A stretch of DNA of 63,445 nucleotides, counting the filler, from Rhabdomonas costata (lineage: Eukaryota), in assembly GCA_019059605.1 (NCBI GenBank). It is 56 parts of 56 records of this genome, joined end to end, with 100 filler letters (N's around TTAATTAATTAA, not from the genome) between each part and the next. Parts side by side here need not be neighbours in the genome. Positions count along the whole stretch, not along the records: positions 36,321 to 37,353 come from JAHMHO010032273.1; positions 37,454 to 38,487 come from JAHMHO010032274.1; positions 38,588 to 39,622 come from JAHMHO010032275.1; positions 39,723 to 40,756 come from JAHMHO010032276.1; positions 40,857 to 41,891 come from JAHMHO010032277.1; positions 41,992 to 43,030 come from JAHMHO010032278.1; positions 43,131 to 44,164 come from JAHMHO010032279.1; positions 44,265 to 45,298 come from JAHMHO010032280.1; 48 more parts are not named here. The stretch is one strand, 5' to 3'. Within the stretch, counting starts at the first letter, position 1; each line of letters starts with the position of its first letter. Both the position numbers and the translations under genes were made by a program. The notes under the pieces were generated by a model that was not told the origin of the DNA, ran no database searches, and worked only from the letters and a program-made list of their open reading frames with translations. Shown here piece after piece: positions 36,571 through 49,116 of the stretch.

Positions 36571-37729
36571 TCTGGCATTCGACATCGCTCTGCATTAGCG
36601 CTAAGCCTTGGATCTCCGACCTGCCACCCGCTTCGTTCTCGCTCGCAAGTTGGGTCCCAGATAATCTGTAGAAACTTCTCTCCCCACTTCCCTTCCTTTT
36701 TGGTCGCATCCCACTCTTCCCCAAGATTCTCGGATCCCTCTTTCTTCTCAGGTTCCGGGCTTGAACCCTATCTTCCTCTTCTGGAGCTTTGCTACCATTC
36801 TTCTTTCTGCGCGTAACTTTCCTCCCGACCTTACCAAGTCCCCCCTCCCCAAATAGTGCTCCAAGGTTGTGGTCAGCCCAGACGTGATATTCAACTGGGT
36901 CTCTCGTAATAGAAAAAGAATACAAAATTCTGTCGAAACATGCTCTCCGACACACTTGAAGGACTTTCCGCAAAAAAGAAAAAGAGTTCGTCAGTGGGCA
37001 CCCCCTACAACCAGCAACGTTGGGGTGACGACATCTTCATCAAAGGACATTCCCTTTTCCACCAAAAGAGGAGAAGAAGGCAACAACGACCGGTGAGCGC
37101 ACCGCTGACGCGCTCGGTGTCGGGGGCGGGGATCTAGCAGACGGGGCTTCCCCGTTGACAGGCTGCGAGAGGAATCAACACACACCACGTGGAAAGCGCA
37201 TAGGCCAGTGCGTGCGATGTGGGCGAGCGCAGAGCAGTGCAAAGGGAAGAATAAATTGCTGACGTTGACGCGGCAGTTCCGTGAATCCGGTCAACAATGG
37301 CGGCCACCCGTTCGCAATGAACCATCACGGACTTCACCGCTCCCAAAGCCGAANNNNNNNNNNNNNNNNNNNNNNNNNNNNNNNNNNNNNNNNNNNNTTA
37401 ATTAATTAANNNNNNNNNNNNNNNNNNNNNNNNNNNNNNNNNNNNNNNNNNNNGCTACCTCATTCTCTCAATCCCGTCCTGAAGCGCCCTACCTCCGCTC
37501 TCACGCGTTTTTGGTCGCGCAGCCTCCTGCAATTCCTTCGGTTTTCGCCTTCCCGCCCATTGCATCCCGTGGTGATGTGCAGGTGTGCTCTGTCTTGCCT
37601 TCCGAGGTTTCCGCAAGGAAGCTGGACCATTGCTCCCATTCTCCTTTCCGTGCGTGCTTTCCCATGTTCTCCCCATGTTCTAAAGTCTTTCTGCCCGACT
37701 GGTGTCATTGAATGAAGGGCAAATGGTCT

Positions 37730-37980
37730 GGGTATTTGGGTTCGGGCAATTGCCCGGAAATTGCCCTGAAGTTGAGCTACATTGGGGCCTGGTTCTCTTT
37801 GCAGCTCTAACAAACCCGAATACTTCAAAGGTATCCCCTGCATTTCCTGGAGAGCGGGGGTTATAATCCTGGGAACGCCTGTTGACCGGCTTCTTACGTT
37901 GGCAACGAGCTCAACCAGGTGCAAGGCAACCTACAAGCAGCCCTGGAACAGCTTGAGTACTTGGGATTGCATTTAATTAC
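37730..37980 (+). mobile_element. Possible further CRE-like RT remnant
   Basis: FKGIPCISWRAGVIILGTPV resembles the GxxxLGxP[IV]G motif at the end of the RT. Highly degenerate. Confidence 0.35.
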
Positions 37981-38857
37981 TGGAACAACCCACCAAAAAA
38001 AAGTGTACTAAACAACACGAACCGCACTGGGAGCCGGACATCCTCCTTGCTGCTCACTCAGGGGAAGCACGAGGGGAGGCTTCAGGCATCTTCCGGAACC
38101 CCCTCCCACCGAATCGCGAACCGTGTTCCGTCTCCCATAAACCCTCCCGTGTGTGTGTACCTACCTCAAATATAACTGAGAGTGGGGGAACACAGTCCGC
38201 ATATCATTCTTCCAAACCTCCCTCTGTTGGTCGGTACCCCTACTTTGTAGAATTGCACCAGTTTTTTTTTTCACCAAAATCTTTGCACCAGTAATGAATG
38301 TTATTTAATAAATATTATTTCGACGAATCAAAAGTGTGTTAGCAATCTGAATCTCAGAAAACCTTCAAAAAAAATACTGCTAATATGCAGTCAGTGTTTT
38401 GCTTGCAGGTTTCTCACTTTACAAATTCCAATTACAACTGAAATACAACTGAAATACAACTTTTTACTAATGCCACGCCCCCACTATNNNNNNNNNNNNN
38501 NNNNNNNNNNNNNNNNNNNNNNNNNNNNNNNTTAATTAATTAANNNNNNNNNNNNNNNNNNNNNNNNNNNNNNNNNNNNNNNNNNNNGGGGGTGGTGTGG
38601 GTGAGAGTCTGTGCCTGGGTGCGTTCTTCGGTCGCTCTGTCTAGCTTGGCGGTCTTCATCCCCTCTGGTTGGTTGTCCTTGTTGGGACAGAGTGGGGGGA
38701 TGTGGGTTGCTCAAGCAGTACCTATCTGCTGGTCTCCTCAAGGGTCAACTGTGACTCACATTTTTATGCTCCACGGCTCCACGATAGCAATGGCTTAATG
38801 TCAAGGTTTCTGTGGCAGCCGTTCCTGTTTGGTGTCAAGTCATGCGGTTCTGCTCAG

Positions 38858-39341
38858 GTTTTCCAGGGCCCCCAGAAGGCCGCCGAGGAGTACTTCTCCT
38901 CTCGCGTCGGGCTCCAGTTTCCCCGACAGCTCAACCCCTGCGACGTGATCATGGACACCATCGCCCGCAAGCCCGCACTGTGCCTTTCGAAGTGGGCCGA
39001 GAACTGTGGCGGCTCCCCCCAGGGCAGCCCGTTCCAGCGGCAAGTCTCCGCCCCGATGTCCGCGCCTGCGCTCTCCACTCTTTCCCTGGCAATCCCTCCG
39101 CAGGAAGCACAGGAGGAGGAGGAGGTCCCTCCGGTGGCTGTGGTTCCCGCTCAGCTGACGGTTCCACTGCCAGCGGTGAAACCGCCCCCACTGGCACTCC
39201 CGAAGCACCGCACTTCTGTGGTGGTTCCAGTGGCTCCGGCCGTGGTGGAGTCCCCCGTTGACGTCGAGGCCCCCGCCCCGCCCATCCGCCCGAGGAATGA
39301 CTTGCACCCTGTCACACCGCTCTTGCGGGACTTGAGAAAAA
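38858..39341 (+). CDS. ABCG-type transporter exon (post-NBD linker) with a Pro/Val-rich extension
   Basis: VFQGPQKAAEEYFSSRVGLQFPRQLNPCDVIMD matches the ABCG pattern V[YF]xGPxxxAxxYF...GxxxPxxxNPAD. CAG acceptor, GTAAG donor at 39342. Confidence 0.8.
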
Positions 39342-42300
39342 GTAAGCGAGGAAGCGGTGATAGAAGAAGTTTACGTGAAACGGTATTCGGCCCTTAATCA
39401 CAGCGAGCTTGGCCAAAGCCGTCGACACAAGGAAGCAAGGTGGGAAACCCGCCAAGGCGGGCTCTATTTCCGCTGGCAATAGCAAACTGATAAAATAGTC
39501 GTGGGCTGTGGAACAAGGAAGAGAACACGGGAGGGGGGCAATAAAAAATACAGATCACACAGACTCGAATAGACGCGAACACAAGGAACAAAACCAACGA
39601 ACTAACCAACTAACAACCACAANNNNNNNNNNNNNNNNNNNNNNNNNNNNNNNNNNNNNNNNNNNNTTAATTAATTAANNNNNNNNNNNNNNNNNNNNNN
39701 NNNNNNNNNNNNNNNNNNNNNNGCACATAAATAACGCCAACATTTTGGCTGTAGTTTGCCTGCAAGTGTGAAGGCCACTCGTCTCCCGTCCAAAGTCAAG
39801 TAAAACATTGTATTGCCAAGCGGAACAGGTTATGCCAGTGGGGACAAACGCAACTCTGCAACCCTCTGTTCCAGCTAATGATGGAGACAAAATGCTTGAA
39901 GACGATAAACCATGGCCAAAGTGCATCACAAAATGAAAGTAAGAAAAGAAATCTATTCCAGCAGGAGAAGACCAAGAGAGAAGGGGATTCACCTGCAGGA
40001 GCTCGAGCTGTTCCTCCTCCAGTTTGGACAGCTGTCTCTTTCTGAACGAGTGTGCGAGTGGAGAGCAGTGCTTCCATGTGATTAATGTGCGGGTGTGGGG
40101 GTGCACGCCGACTGGTGACTAAGCGATGCAACCGGTGCAGTTGCGATCCACAGCCCCGCCCATCTGCCTGATAGCCCGGTAAAACGGAATCTGCAATCAG
40201 AACGTGATCAACAAATTGAAAGTCACTCGTTCATATCCTCCGAATTAGGGGCTGCAGCGAAAGTGCCCCATGAGCTCTTCATTGTGTACTATCTGAGGCT
40301 CTGAAAGGGTTGCCGTGCACCTCCACGACACTTCCACATAGTTGGCTCAGGTGTTCTCATTCATTTCTTTCTCTTGCGGCGCTTCTTCGCCGCGCAGGCA
40401 GAGGGCTCTGCCCCGTTGCATCCCCAACCTGAAATAACCTAGGGATGACACGCTGGGCAAAATACTTGCCCAAATTCCCCACCAACAATCATGAGCTTCC
40501 TTTTTTCCTTCAGTCAGACTAGCAATCCAAATCACTGCTCGCTAAGTACATGTAAAAGGATCACGAATTCCTGTCTCACACACCACACGCATACTGGGCT
40601 CGGATCCTTGGCTTCGGAGGCTGCTGGACCGGAAGAGGAGGGGCAACCCTGGGAGGGGGAGGGGGCAGTCCGGCCGGAACCGCGGCCGGGGCGGACTGCA
40701 CTCCATCCAAGGGAACCGAAGAGCTGAGAGTTTCTTGAGACCCCTGAGACCCCCCCNNNNNNNNNNNNNNNNNNNNNNNNNNNNNNNNNNNNNNNNNNNN
40801 TTAATTAATTAANNNNNNNNNNNNNNNNNNNNNNNNNNNNNNNNNNNNNNNNNNNNGAGCAGCGAAAGTGGGTTTGGGCCTTGCCAGAGGCCAGGGGAAG
40901 TTTTTCCCCGTATCGAGTTTACAGCACTTTTGCGCAAGCGCATACAAATGCCATTTCATGGTGCTTCTGTGCGCACTCAAAATTATACAGGGTCTTAGTG
41001 TAGAGTTTCGGAAAAAAGAGAGGGAGGGAGGGAGCAGTACACTCTGAATTGCTGATTGCTGGCCTGGCCGGGTATGGTGCAGGCAGTTTGTCCACCAAGA
41101 CGCCCGGGATTCAGAGGCAGGCTTCCAAGAAAGCCGTCGTTCCATAGCTGATGATGAGCTCCTCGAAAACTACCCACTTCGTTCTCTGGCAGTGTCTCTT
41201 TTCTCTGGCATGTCTCTTTTTTCTTTGTTCACTCACTCACTCACCCTCTCGCTGTTAGCGTTGGAGATTAACCGAAAGCTGCTAACGGAGCTTCGCGTGC
41301 AGCGCTGCGAGGCGTACACCAAGGACCGTCAGCTGGAGAAACTTGCCAGGGCCCTCCTGGGGAGGGACCCCACTGCAGAGTTCTAGGAACCGAAATAGCT
41401 TATCTTTCTCTCCAGCACCTTCCCTTTTTGAACCCTTACTATCCTGTCCTCACTTTCCGTTCCCCCATGATGTGCAGTTAGTGGTTTTCTTGCCGTGGCG
41501 TTGAGACGCATTGCGTTTTGCCCATCTTCTCTCTGTGTGTACATTCATTCCAAGCAGATCGGTTCTGCTCGTGTTTTAGCTTTCTGCGTTTGTGAATACG
41601 AAGATTACTACTGATTGGAATGACGCTCCGTTTCCGTGGCTTTTTCGTTTTGACAACTGGGGCCCTCTTAGGTGGTGCGCGCAGCGGATCTTCCGATGAA
41701 CAGTACTTTACAGCTTCAAGTGCCAGGGTCTACCAGCGGCCAGATTATCGTACATCCTGAAGATGAGGGTACCGGGTACCCCTCGTCTATTCCTCAAACT
41801 ATCCATTTACCTGACTCCGTAAATCGAAGTCCTCCATATTTGTCTTCTCTGCGGTGGAGCATTCTCAGGCTATTGTTTTTCTCACCACAACNNNNNNNNN
41901 NNNNNNNNNNNNNNNNNNNNNNNNNNNNNNNNNNNTTAATTAATTAANNNNNNNNNNNNNNNNNNNNNNNNNNNNNNNNNNNNNNNNNNNNGGGGGGTTG
42001 GGAGAGACAGTATGCATGATTCATCTATAGGTGTGCGTTCCGGTCCGTAACCGCTCCCTGATTTCTTGACGGTAAGATGATATAACCACAAACACAAATA
42101 AACATATTGCACACTGCTTCTGAGATTTTGGTACTTCCTCAATTCTGTGTCCACATACCAAACAATGGCTCCCCAGCCAAACGGCCAGCCACACACAGAG
42201 ACACACAAACTTGCTTTGTGTGGTGGATTAACATCCTTTCGGGGAGGTTATGCCTTGTTCAGAAGGGGCCGTCAAATTGACGATCGAGAAAGGCCACCCA

Positions 42301-42478
42301 ATCAGACAGGCAGAAACACCGGCTTCCGGCGAGGGCATCGACGATCTGCCTCTCGTTGCGGCTGATCTTCCAGTTCAGACTCTGCTGGTGCCGCCCAGAG
42401 ATGTCCTTTTTGAGGAAAGGGTGGGCCATGCACCCGCCACACATGCACACACACAGAGGAGAAAAAGGAGTGAGGCAA

Positions 42479-42538
42479 TAGGGTTAGGGTTAGGGTTAGG
42501 GTTAGGGTTAGGGTTAGGGTTAGGGTTAGGGTTAGGGT
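42479..42538 (+). repeat. Interstitial telomeric repeat, about 10 copies of TTAGGG
   Basis: Perfect tandem hexamer with unique sequence on both sides. Confidence 0.95.
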
Positions 42539-45442
42539 TGTGCTCACCACATACGTGCGTTGTTGTGGTTGTAATGGGGAGGATTCCGATAGAAATGAGG
42601 GGGATGCCTGTATCTCCCGTTTCCTGTATGTTTGTGAAGAAATTCGGGAAAACTTCACATGAACGGCCACAAGAAGGACCACAAAAAGAGAGTTTACGAT
42701 TAGCGGCCCTTAAACTACAGAGAAGTAGAATAATGATCATGTCAGCGTAGCAATATTATTCCACTCCCTGACTTCCAGATAACCTGGTTGAAAATTTCTT
42801 GTTCACCGTCAGGGTTCCGTTTCGTACGACCCTGCTATTGGCCGATCTTGTTGAAGATACCCCCATACACCTATATTGCAAGTGATGTGTTAAATGGAGG
42901 TAGAATGAAAGATAAAGATGACGCTAATCACAGCCAACACAGCTCACACGCACACACAAACAGCTGGGTGTGAAGGTTAAACAGTGGGGCGGATACTGTC
43001 AGGGAAATCGGCACAAACCCACCACCACCCNNNNNNNNNNNNNNNNNNNNNNNNNNNNNNNNNNNNNNNNNNNNTTAATTAATTAANNNNNNNNNNNNNN
43101 NNNNNNNNNNNNNNNNNNNNNNNNNNNNNNCGGTGGTCACGTGTTGATAGCAATGTCCACGCTGGAGGTGACTAGCAGCCAATGAACGCTGCTACGTGGA
43201 GTGGAGGGTCTGCGGGCACAACCTCAGCCTCCAGAGGAACACATCATTGGAGACAGTCTTTGCATCCCCTGCGGCATCCCGGATGTGGAGATCTGTAAGG
43301 AGACTCACGCTTGATGCCGTGCGGATACGGGTGCCTGGGGATGCCTGGTCCTTGTGGAGATCATCTGGAACAGAGGACTGGGTCTGAGAGGCGTTGGCAC
43401 TAGGCACTGCAGGATCCAGGTGGTCTGCAGAATTCTGGGGCTGCGTGGTGGCCATAAGTGTTTCCAATGACAGTTGCTCCATGTAATCCATGGAGGTGAG
43501 GAGCTTTATAATGGCGCTGAACTGCTACGCAACTCCGGACTTCTGCTGATGCTACTGTCGCTCCAGGGAAAAGAAACGTTCCAGAGCCTCCGGGGAGGCA
43601 ATGGTGGTGGAGCTACCGGCGACACGCGCTACAGGGCGGAGAGACGCCGCAAAATATCATGGAGTGGTGCATGAGGGTCAGCGTCTGGTGCGGCCGGAGT
43701 GTGGTCAGCATGGTTGGTGGATGTGCGCTCAGCCTGAGGGGCATGGAAGTGAGGCCTAGAATGCGCGTGGGTGGAGAGGCAGTTTGCGAAGAGACGGCAT
43801 GGTCTGCTGCCTGTACCTTAGTCCATTGCACTGATGGACGTGGAGTGCGGTCGCAGTCCGGTTGTAGTGTTGCGAGTCCCGCATCGGTGCTGAGGAGTGT
43901 GAATCCTGGAGTGGCCACCGTCCGGAGGACCAAAAAGCGGCGGCCGATGCACACAAATGTGCAAAGAGGGGTCGTAGTCCACCACTCTCCGCAGATAGTG
44001 GCGGCTAGTGGCATACCGGCCAGATCGTAGTACAGCTTGGTGGCGTGAGGCGGTACCTTCCTGATGGCTGCATATGCGGCTGGGTATTCAGCCGCATATA
44101 CCAGGAAGCCCAACCCACTGGAGTTGTCAACCACCAACCAAACACACCCCCCACACCCAACACANNNNNNNNNNNNNNNNNNNNNNNNNNNNNNNNNNNN
44201 NNNNNNNNTTAATTAATTAANNNNNNNNNNNNNNNNNNNNNNNNNNNNNNNNNNNNNNNNNNNNCACCTTCTCAACTATAAAATGGGAAAACCACCCATG
44301 ACGCAACCCCCAAAACTACCACCCAAACACCTTACTATGTATCAAGGTCATGCAAAACAAATCATTGCAATTTAGCTTTGGACATTGCAAGGCAGCAGCC
44401 AATAATGGTTTGACAAAATTTGGTGATGACCGAAAGACAATGTCCACACAGCCTGGAGGCAGATCCGCCAAGCCAACGACCTCGCACTTGCCATGGAAGA
44501 CAGCCCTTTCATTCGGAAAATCTTCTAGGTGCAGGTAATGTTTTCGGATGGTGGTCTTCTTTTTCAGCTACGCACCGAAGGAAGAGTCCGTGACAATGTT
44601 CATCCCTTCAAACTTCGGTGGTATTGGAAGATGATGATGCACCCCACCAGAGCAGCAAGTGTCGTGGCGGGTTTCGAGGGAATGGGGCACACACACTTCA
44701 ATATTCATTCTATGGGTCCCACCGCCGTGCTGCAGGGGCAATTGACGTTGTGGAGGGGAGGGTTTACGGTTAAAACTGACAACGGTAACTAATGGTAGCA
44801 GGCCCTCCAGGTCACGTTCCCACCCCAGCCGCGCGCTCCGGGGCCTTGTGGCCTTTGCCCCTAAACTAATGCTGTCCCACTCCACCGCCCAAATAACATT
44901 GGCTAGTATGACAGCATCCGCTTTGACGTGCAACGTAAAACACTCAACCAGGGAACATTGTCACAGGTTGTCCCAGACAGCCTTACACTAAAACAAAGAC
45001 CATGTCTCCCTTTTCAAAATGAGTGATAGTAATATCCTTGGGTGGTTTTTAAACAGCAACCGTAATCGTTAACAGTGATAATCGTTATCACTGCAACCCA
45101 CCACCTGAATTGTGTGTAAGGATTGACATCCTTTCGCGGAGTTGACTTGACCAGGGGGATGTGTGTTTTTATCTGATGGTCCAGCGTGTTCTACCGCCTC
45201 GCAGCTGGCGGCGTGTATGGCCCCGCACGGATTTCACGCCGTGCACAAGGCGCGACAGCGTGTGCAACCCCCCCACACACAAAGAAAACCAAACGCTCNN
45301 NNNNNNNNNNNNNNNNNNNNNNNNNNNNNNNNNNNNNNNNNNTTAATTAATTAANNNNNNNNNNNNNNNNNNNNNNNNNNNNNNNNNNNNNNNNNNNNTG
45401 TTGTGGGGGTGCAGTGCAGGGATTTTTTTTCCAAAATGAAAG

Positions 45443-45571
45443 GTGCTGCTTTACTGGCCGGATTACCCCGCCACCCTGAACAGCGCCGTGGTGCTGATTA
45501 ATAACTTGGACCTGCTCGTCTTTCGCAGAGGGTTCTCCCTCCGGGGAAACTTCTTCGCTCTGGGCACCGCT

Positions 45572-45609
<38 letters not shown>

Positions 45610-46003
45610 CGGGCGCGGGTGTGTGTGCGCCCCAAGAGCGATGAGGCAGCGGGAGAGAATTTCCGCTGGAGGCAGAAAAGACCTCCACCAATGCCATGCC
45701 TTGTGCACGTAGTGTGCGCACGTTGAAAAAATCTTCATTCCTGTCTTTCCTTTTAGTTAGACTGTTTTGGTACTGCTCAACTCCTGTGCAAGCATTGGGA
45801 TCTGAGAACAGCCATTTGCACAAGGTTAGTGTGCAATATTCGTCCACCAGTGATTGCTGCACCCCGTCCATGCACCCGTGTTGGGGGTAGTGATGCTTGT
45901 TCACTTTTTTACAGTTCAGTTTGACAACGTGAACAACTTTGAGATCATTGAGGCGGTCCTCAGCCCAGGAAATTACGTTATTCAAGTGAAGCTCAACGCT
46001 ATG
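45443..46003 (+). CDS. Subtilisin-like S8 peptidase (KP-43/Tag type) C-terminal beta-barrel, two exons (45443-45572, 45915-46003)
   Basis: LYWPDYPATLNSAVVLINNLDLLV...GN...|FDNVNNFEII...PGNYVIQV matches LxWxDxP...LVNDLDL...GN...DxxNNVE...GxYxVxV. GT-AG phase-1 intron. Confidence 0.85.
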
Positions 46004-46534
46004 GTATCAGTGCAGATGTCTGATTTTGGTCCGGCTTTAACTTTTTCAGGCATTTCCGGTAGATTATCTCGGCTGCTTGAACTTGAACTTGGCTTTGGCG
46101 GACGAGTAGGACAGGTTTTTTGTCGCCAGTATGCGGGGCAGCAGGAACGGGCGGCTGAGGCGCGGACGCTTTGTTGTGAGGAGTTTTCGTAACCACCAAC
46201 ATCGAAACCGACACATACCGTTATTCTAGGACTTCAAATGGACACCCGGAATGTGGGGTTCTGGGTTGGCCGAGCCACCCAGCCTGGTTTCGGAGCACAC
46301 TGTTCAACCGTGTCAAAAAGATTAACAACATGTTTGAACGTTTTCCAACGTTCAAATTATCAAAACAACCCCTCCCCTCGTTGTTGAATGCATCGGACCT
46401 CACCCCGCAATTGGCACATTAACAACACACACAANNNNNNNNNNNNNNNNNNNNNNNNNNNNNNNNNNNNNNNNNNNNTTAATTAATTAANNNNNNNNNN
46501 NNNNNNNNNNNNNNNNNNNNNNNNNNNNNNNNNN

Positions 46535-47567
46535 GAGAATGAACCCACCAGGGAAAAGGGCAAGGGGAGCACATTCCCACTCGGTTACAAGAGATAGACG
46601 TAAACGAAGGACGGGGAAGAAATATGAGAGGAGAAAAATTCAGTGACATAGATGTACACGCACACGCACATTAGAAGCACCACCCAGCTGCGGAAGGGAA
46701 GCTGGTCAGCCATTCGAATCTGCTGTGCCCGGCTCCCTAAAGGACCAAATACACACACAGAAAGTAGTGTTTGGTCCACTGCATTATACCAGGACCCAGG
46801 AAAAAGGAGGCTGATACTGCCAGGAAGCAGTGCGTATTTGCAAAATGATGGGAAAGGAGATGAAGTGACACACTGCAAATTCAAAAAAAAAAGGCAGCCA
46901 GAAGGGGCCCGCACCAGGGGGGAATATCTCAAACTCGCTCTCGTCAAGCCACCGGCCATGGCGAAAACTCTCGGCCACGTAGCTAACGTTGAGTACCCAC
47001 TTACGCGCCGCAACAAAGCTGAGAAACCCACAAAACACAGGGTGCACATACACAAAACATAGATACGATGTTAATCGCAAATCGTGCACCCTGAGTACAT
47101 TGTGGCAAAGTCTATATTTCTCAAGGTGCCTCTAAATAAATCCAATGCCGGGACCTCTCCTTTGCGGAAACAAGCAGGGGCACAACTTTTCGGTGCGTTC
47201 CGCACTGGTGTTGGGAACCAACAGGTGGGTCGCCCCTGCGCAGTAGTTGGGCGACAGGTCAGCTTCGCCGCCGAGACCCTCGATCTTTCCCCGGAGCTCC
47301 TCCTATTTTTTGTTGCAGACTAACACGCTGCAAAGCATACAAAAACTGAAGAGAAAAGGAGAGAAATTAACCCCTACCCTCGCTACGTCGTTGTCAGACG
47401 GGTGTGGAACCTCCTGGTGTGAATGATGTGTTTATGAACGGAGAATGAACCCACCAGGGAAAAGGGCAAGGGGAGCACATTCCCACTCGGTTACAAGAGA
47501 TAGACGTAAACGAAGGACGGGGAAGAAATATGAGAGGAGAAAAATTCAGTGACATAGATGTACACGC
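46535..47567. repeat. Self-overlapping contig: identical 127-nt ends, 906-bp unit (collapsed tandem repeat or circle)
   Basis: 46535-46661 is identical to 47441-47567. Confidence 0.95.
46666..47413 (-). CDS. BRCT-domain protein (TopBP1 BRCT7/8-like), four exons: 47378-47413, 47184-47302, 46915-47018, 46666-46736
   Basis: EELRGKIEGLGG...ATHLLV...RTEK|..FVAARKWVLNVSYVAESFRHGRWLDESEFE..|..LPFRSWVVLL. Hallmark BRCT motifs (GG, THL, W, SY) with phase-compatible GT-AG borders. Confidence 0.88.
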
Positions 47568-47704
47568 NNNNNNNNNNNNNNNNNNNNNNNNNNNNNNNNN
47601 NNNNNNNNNNNTTAATTAATTAANNNNNNNNNNNNNNNNNNNNNNNNNNNNNNNNNNNNNNNNNNNNTGGTGTGTGTGCATACGGGCGAAAGACAAGAGA
47701 GGAC

Positions 47705-48701
47705 CTGAGGGAGGACGTCGGGGCGGCTCTCGAAGATGACCAGAAGCACGCCCAGGGGGACAGTCTCCTGGGACAGCACCAGGCCGTCCGCCAGCTTCAT
47801 CTTCTTCAGCACCCGCCCCACCACGTTGTCCGAGCTGTCCGCGATCTGCCGCAGCCCAACGCTCTGCGCGAAGGGAGCAAACAACGGATTCTTGAAACCT
47901 CGTAAGATTCTCGAGATTCTCGCGTGCCGTCATCAAAAATCTGTACAAGCAGTTGCTGGGCTGGGTTGTTGGGGAGATTTTCCTCCAGGCAGAGCTTTCG
48001 ACAAATGAAGAAACATCGAGCCTCTGGTTTCAGGAACGTGCCATCCTCCTAAGCAATGAACGGTAACGGACTCAGCTTGAACACGTTAAGCACTGTGAGC
48101 AGCTTTTTGGCAAAACTATGACCCAGGTGGGACCAGGGCTTAAGACTGATTTCCCATGGATACAAAGCAAAAGAAAGTGTGTATATGCTCCATTTTAGAT
48201 GGTTATTATCTGATACAGATCATTCGGTGTAGCTGTCACCAATACCGCGTGTGCCGGGGAGTCCTAGCGTCAGGCAGCCGGACCCCAATCCAAAACAATG
48301 TGTTCAAAACTCACACACCAGGGTGTTTCGGGGTGTTCCAAACCTCTGCGCTCGCCCAGCTCTGCGCTCGCCCAGTCTGAGTGCTCGGTGGCGTCTATTC
48401 GACTCTTCTTCTTCTTCTCCTCAGATCGTCTTTTCTTACGGAGAGCGCTCTTTCCCGGCATGAGACTTCGGGACCTTTTCGGATCCGTATGTGTTGCTCT
48501 TTGTGGTCTTCACAGATCTCTTGTCAGGCTTCTTTTGGATCTTGGGCTCGAGCTGCTTCCTCCAGGCTGGCCTGCAGAGCCAACTTCCCTCGTTCTTCTC
48601 CTCGTCCGCTGGCTTCACACACACACCGGGGGAAAGAGGGAGGTACCAGGGCGTCAAGCTTCTCCTTGGTGAGCTTCAGGCGGCCCTGCAGGGCCGGAGT
48701 G
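47705..48701 (-). CDS. P5CS: Gamma-glutamyl phosphate reductase domain (P5CS/ProA), two exons (48647-48701, 47705-47863)
   Basis: [36 protein letters not shown]...[23 protein letters not shown] phase-0 intron. Confidence 0.92.
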
Positions 48702-49116
48702 NNNNNNNNNNNNNNNNNNNNNNNNNNNNNNNNNNNNNNNNNNNNTTAATTAATTAANNNNNNNNNNNNNNNNNNNNNNNNNNNNNNNNNNNNNNNNNNN
48801 NCTGTCCGCGGTTCCCCCACACACACATACACACACACAGCTTCCGGTCTGGTACCGGGCCCCCTTGGCCTTCGAAAAGAAGGCTTCGCCGGGGCCAGAG
48901 TGCGATGCACATGTTTTTTGGGATTTCAGTTTCGCATTTGACTGCTCATCAACCACAGGTATGTCCTTTCATCGTCTGTCGGAATTGGGGGCGGGGGGTG
49001 AACCTTCTCACCCCTTCAAGCATCGGATCAAAGCCACATGGGGGATCGGGGTGGATATTTCTGGAGATTTCTTTGAGACCCCTGTGGATTTGCCTGTGAG
49101 GTGCTGTGTTTCACAG

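Noticed and set aside
43613-44137. ORF with WW...LSTDAG reminiscent of a DIRS-type RNase H
   Set aside because: Only a short motif, with no accompanying RT or recombinase signature.
46747-46765. Minus-strand ACTTTCTGTGTGTGTATTT, 17/19 like the Euglena spliced leader as I recall it, within a tandem unit
   Set aside because: It lacks the T-run, donor context and Sm site of an SL RNA gene. It lies in a BRCT intron just before an acceptor and is low-complexity, so chance is likely.
46883-47010. Hairpin-forming segment followed by a T run, suggesting a Pol III or H/ACA-like RNA
   Set aside because: The segment is better explained as the BRCT exon (KWVLNVSYV...WLDE), and the T run is intronic.
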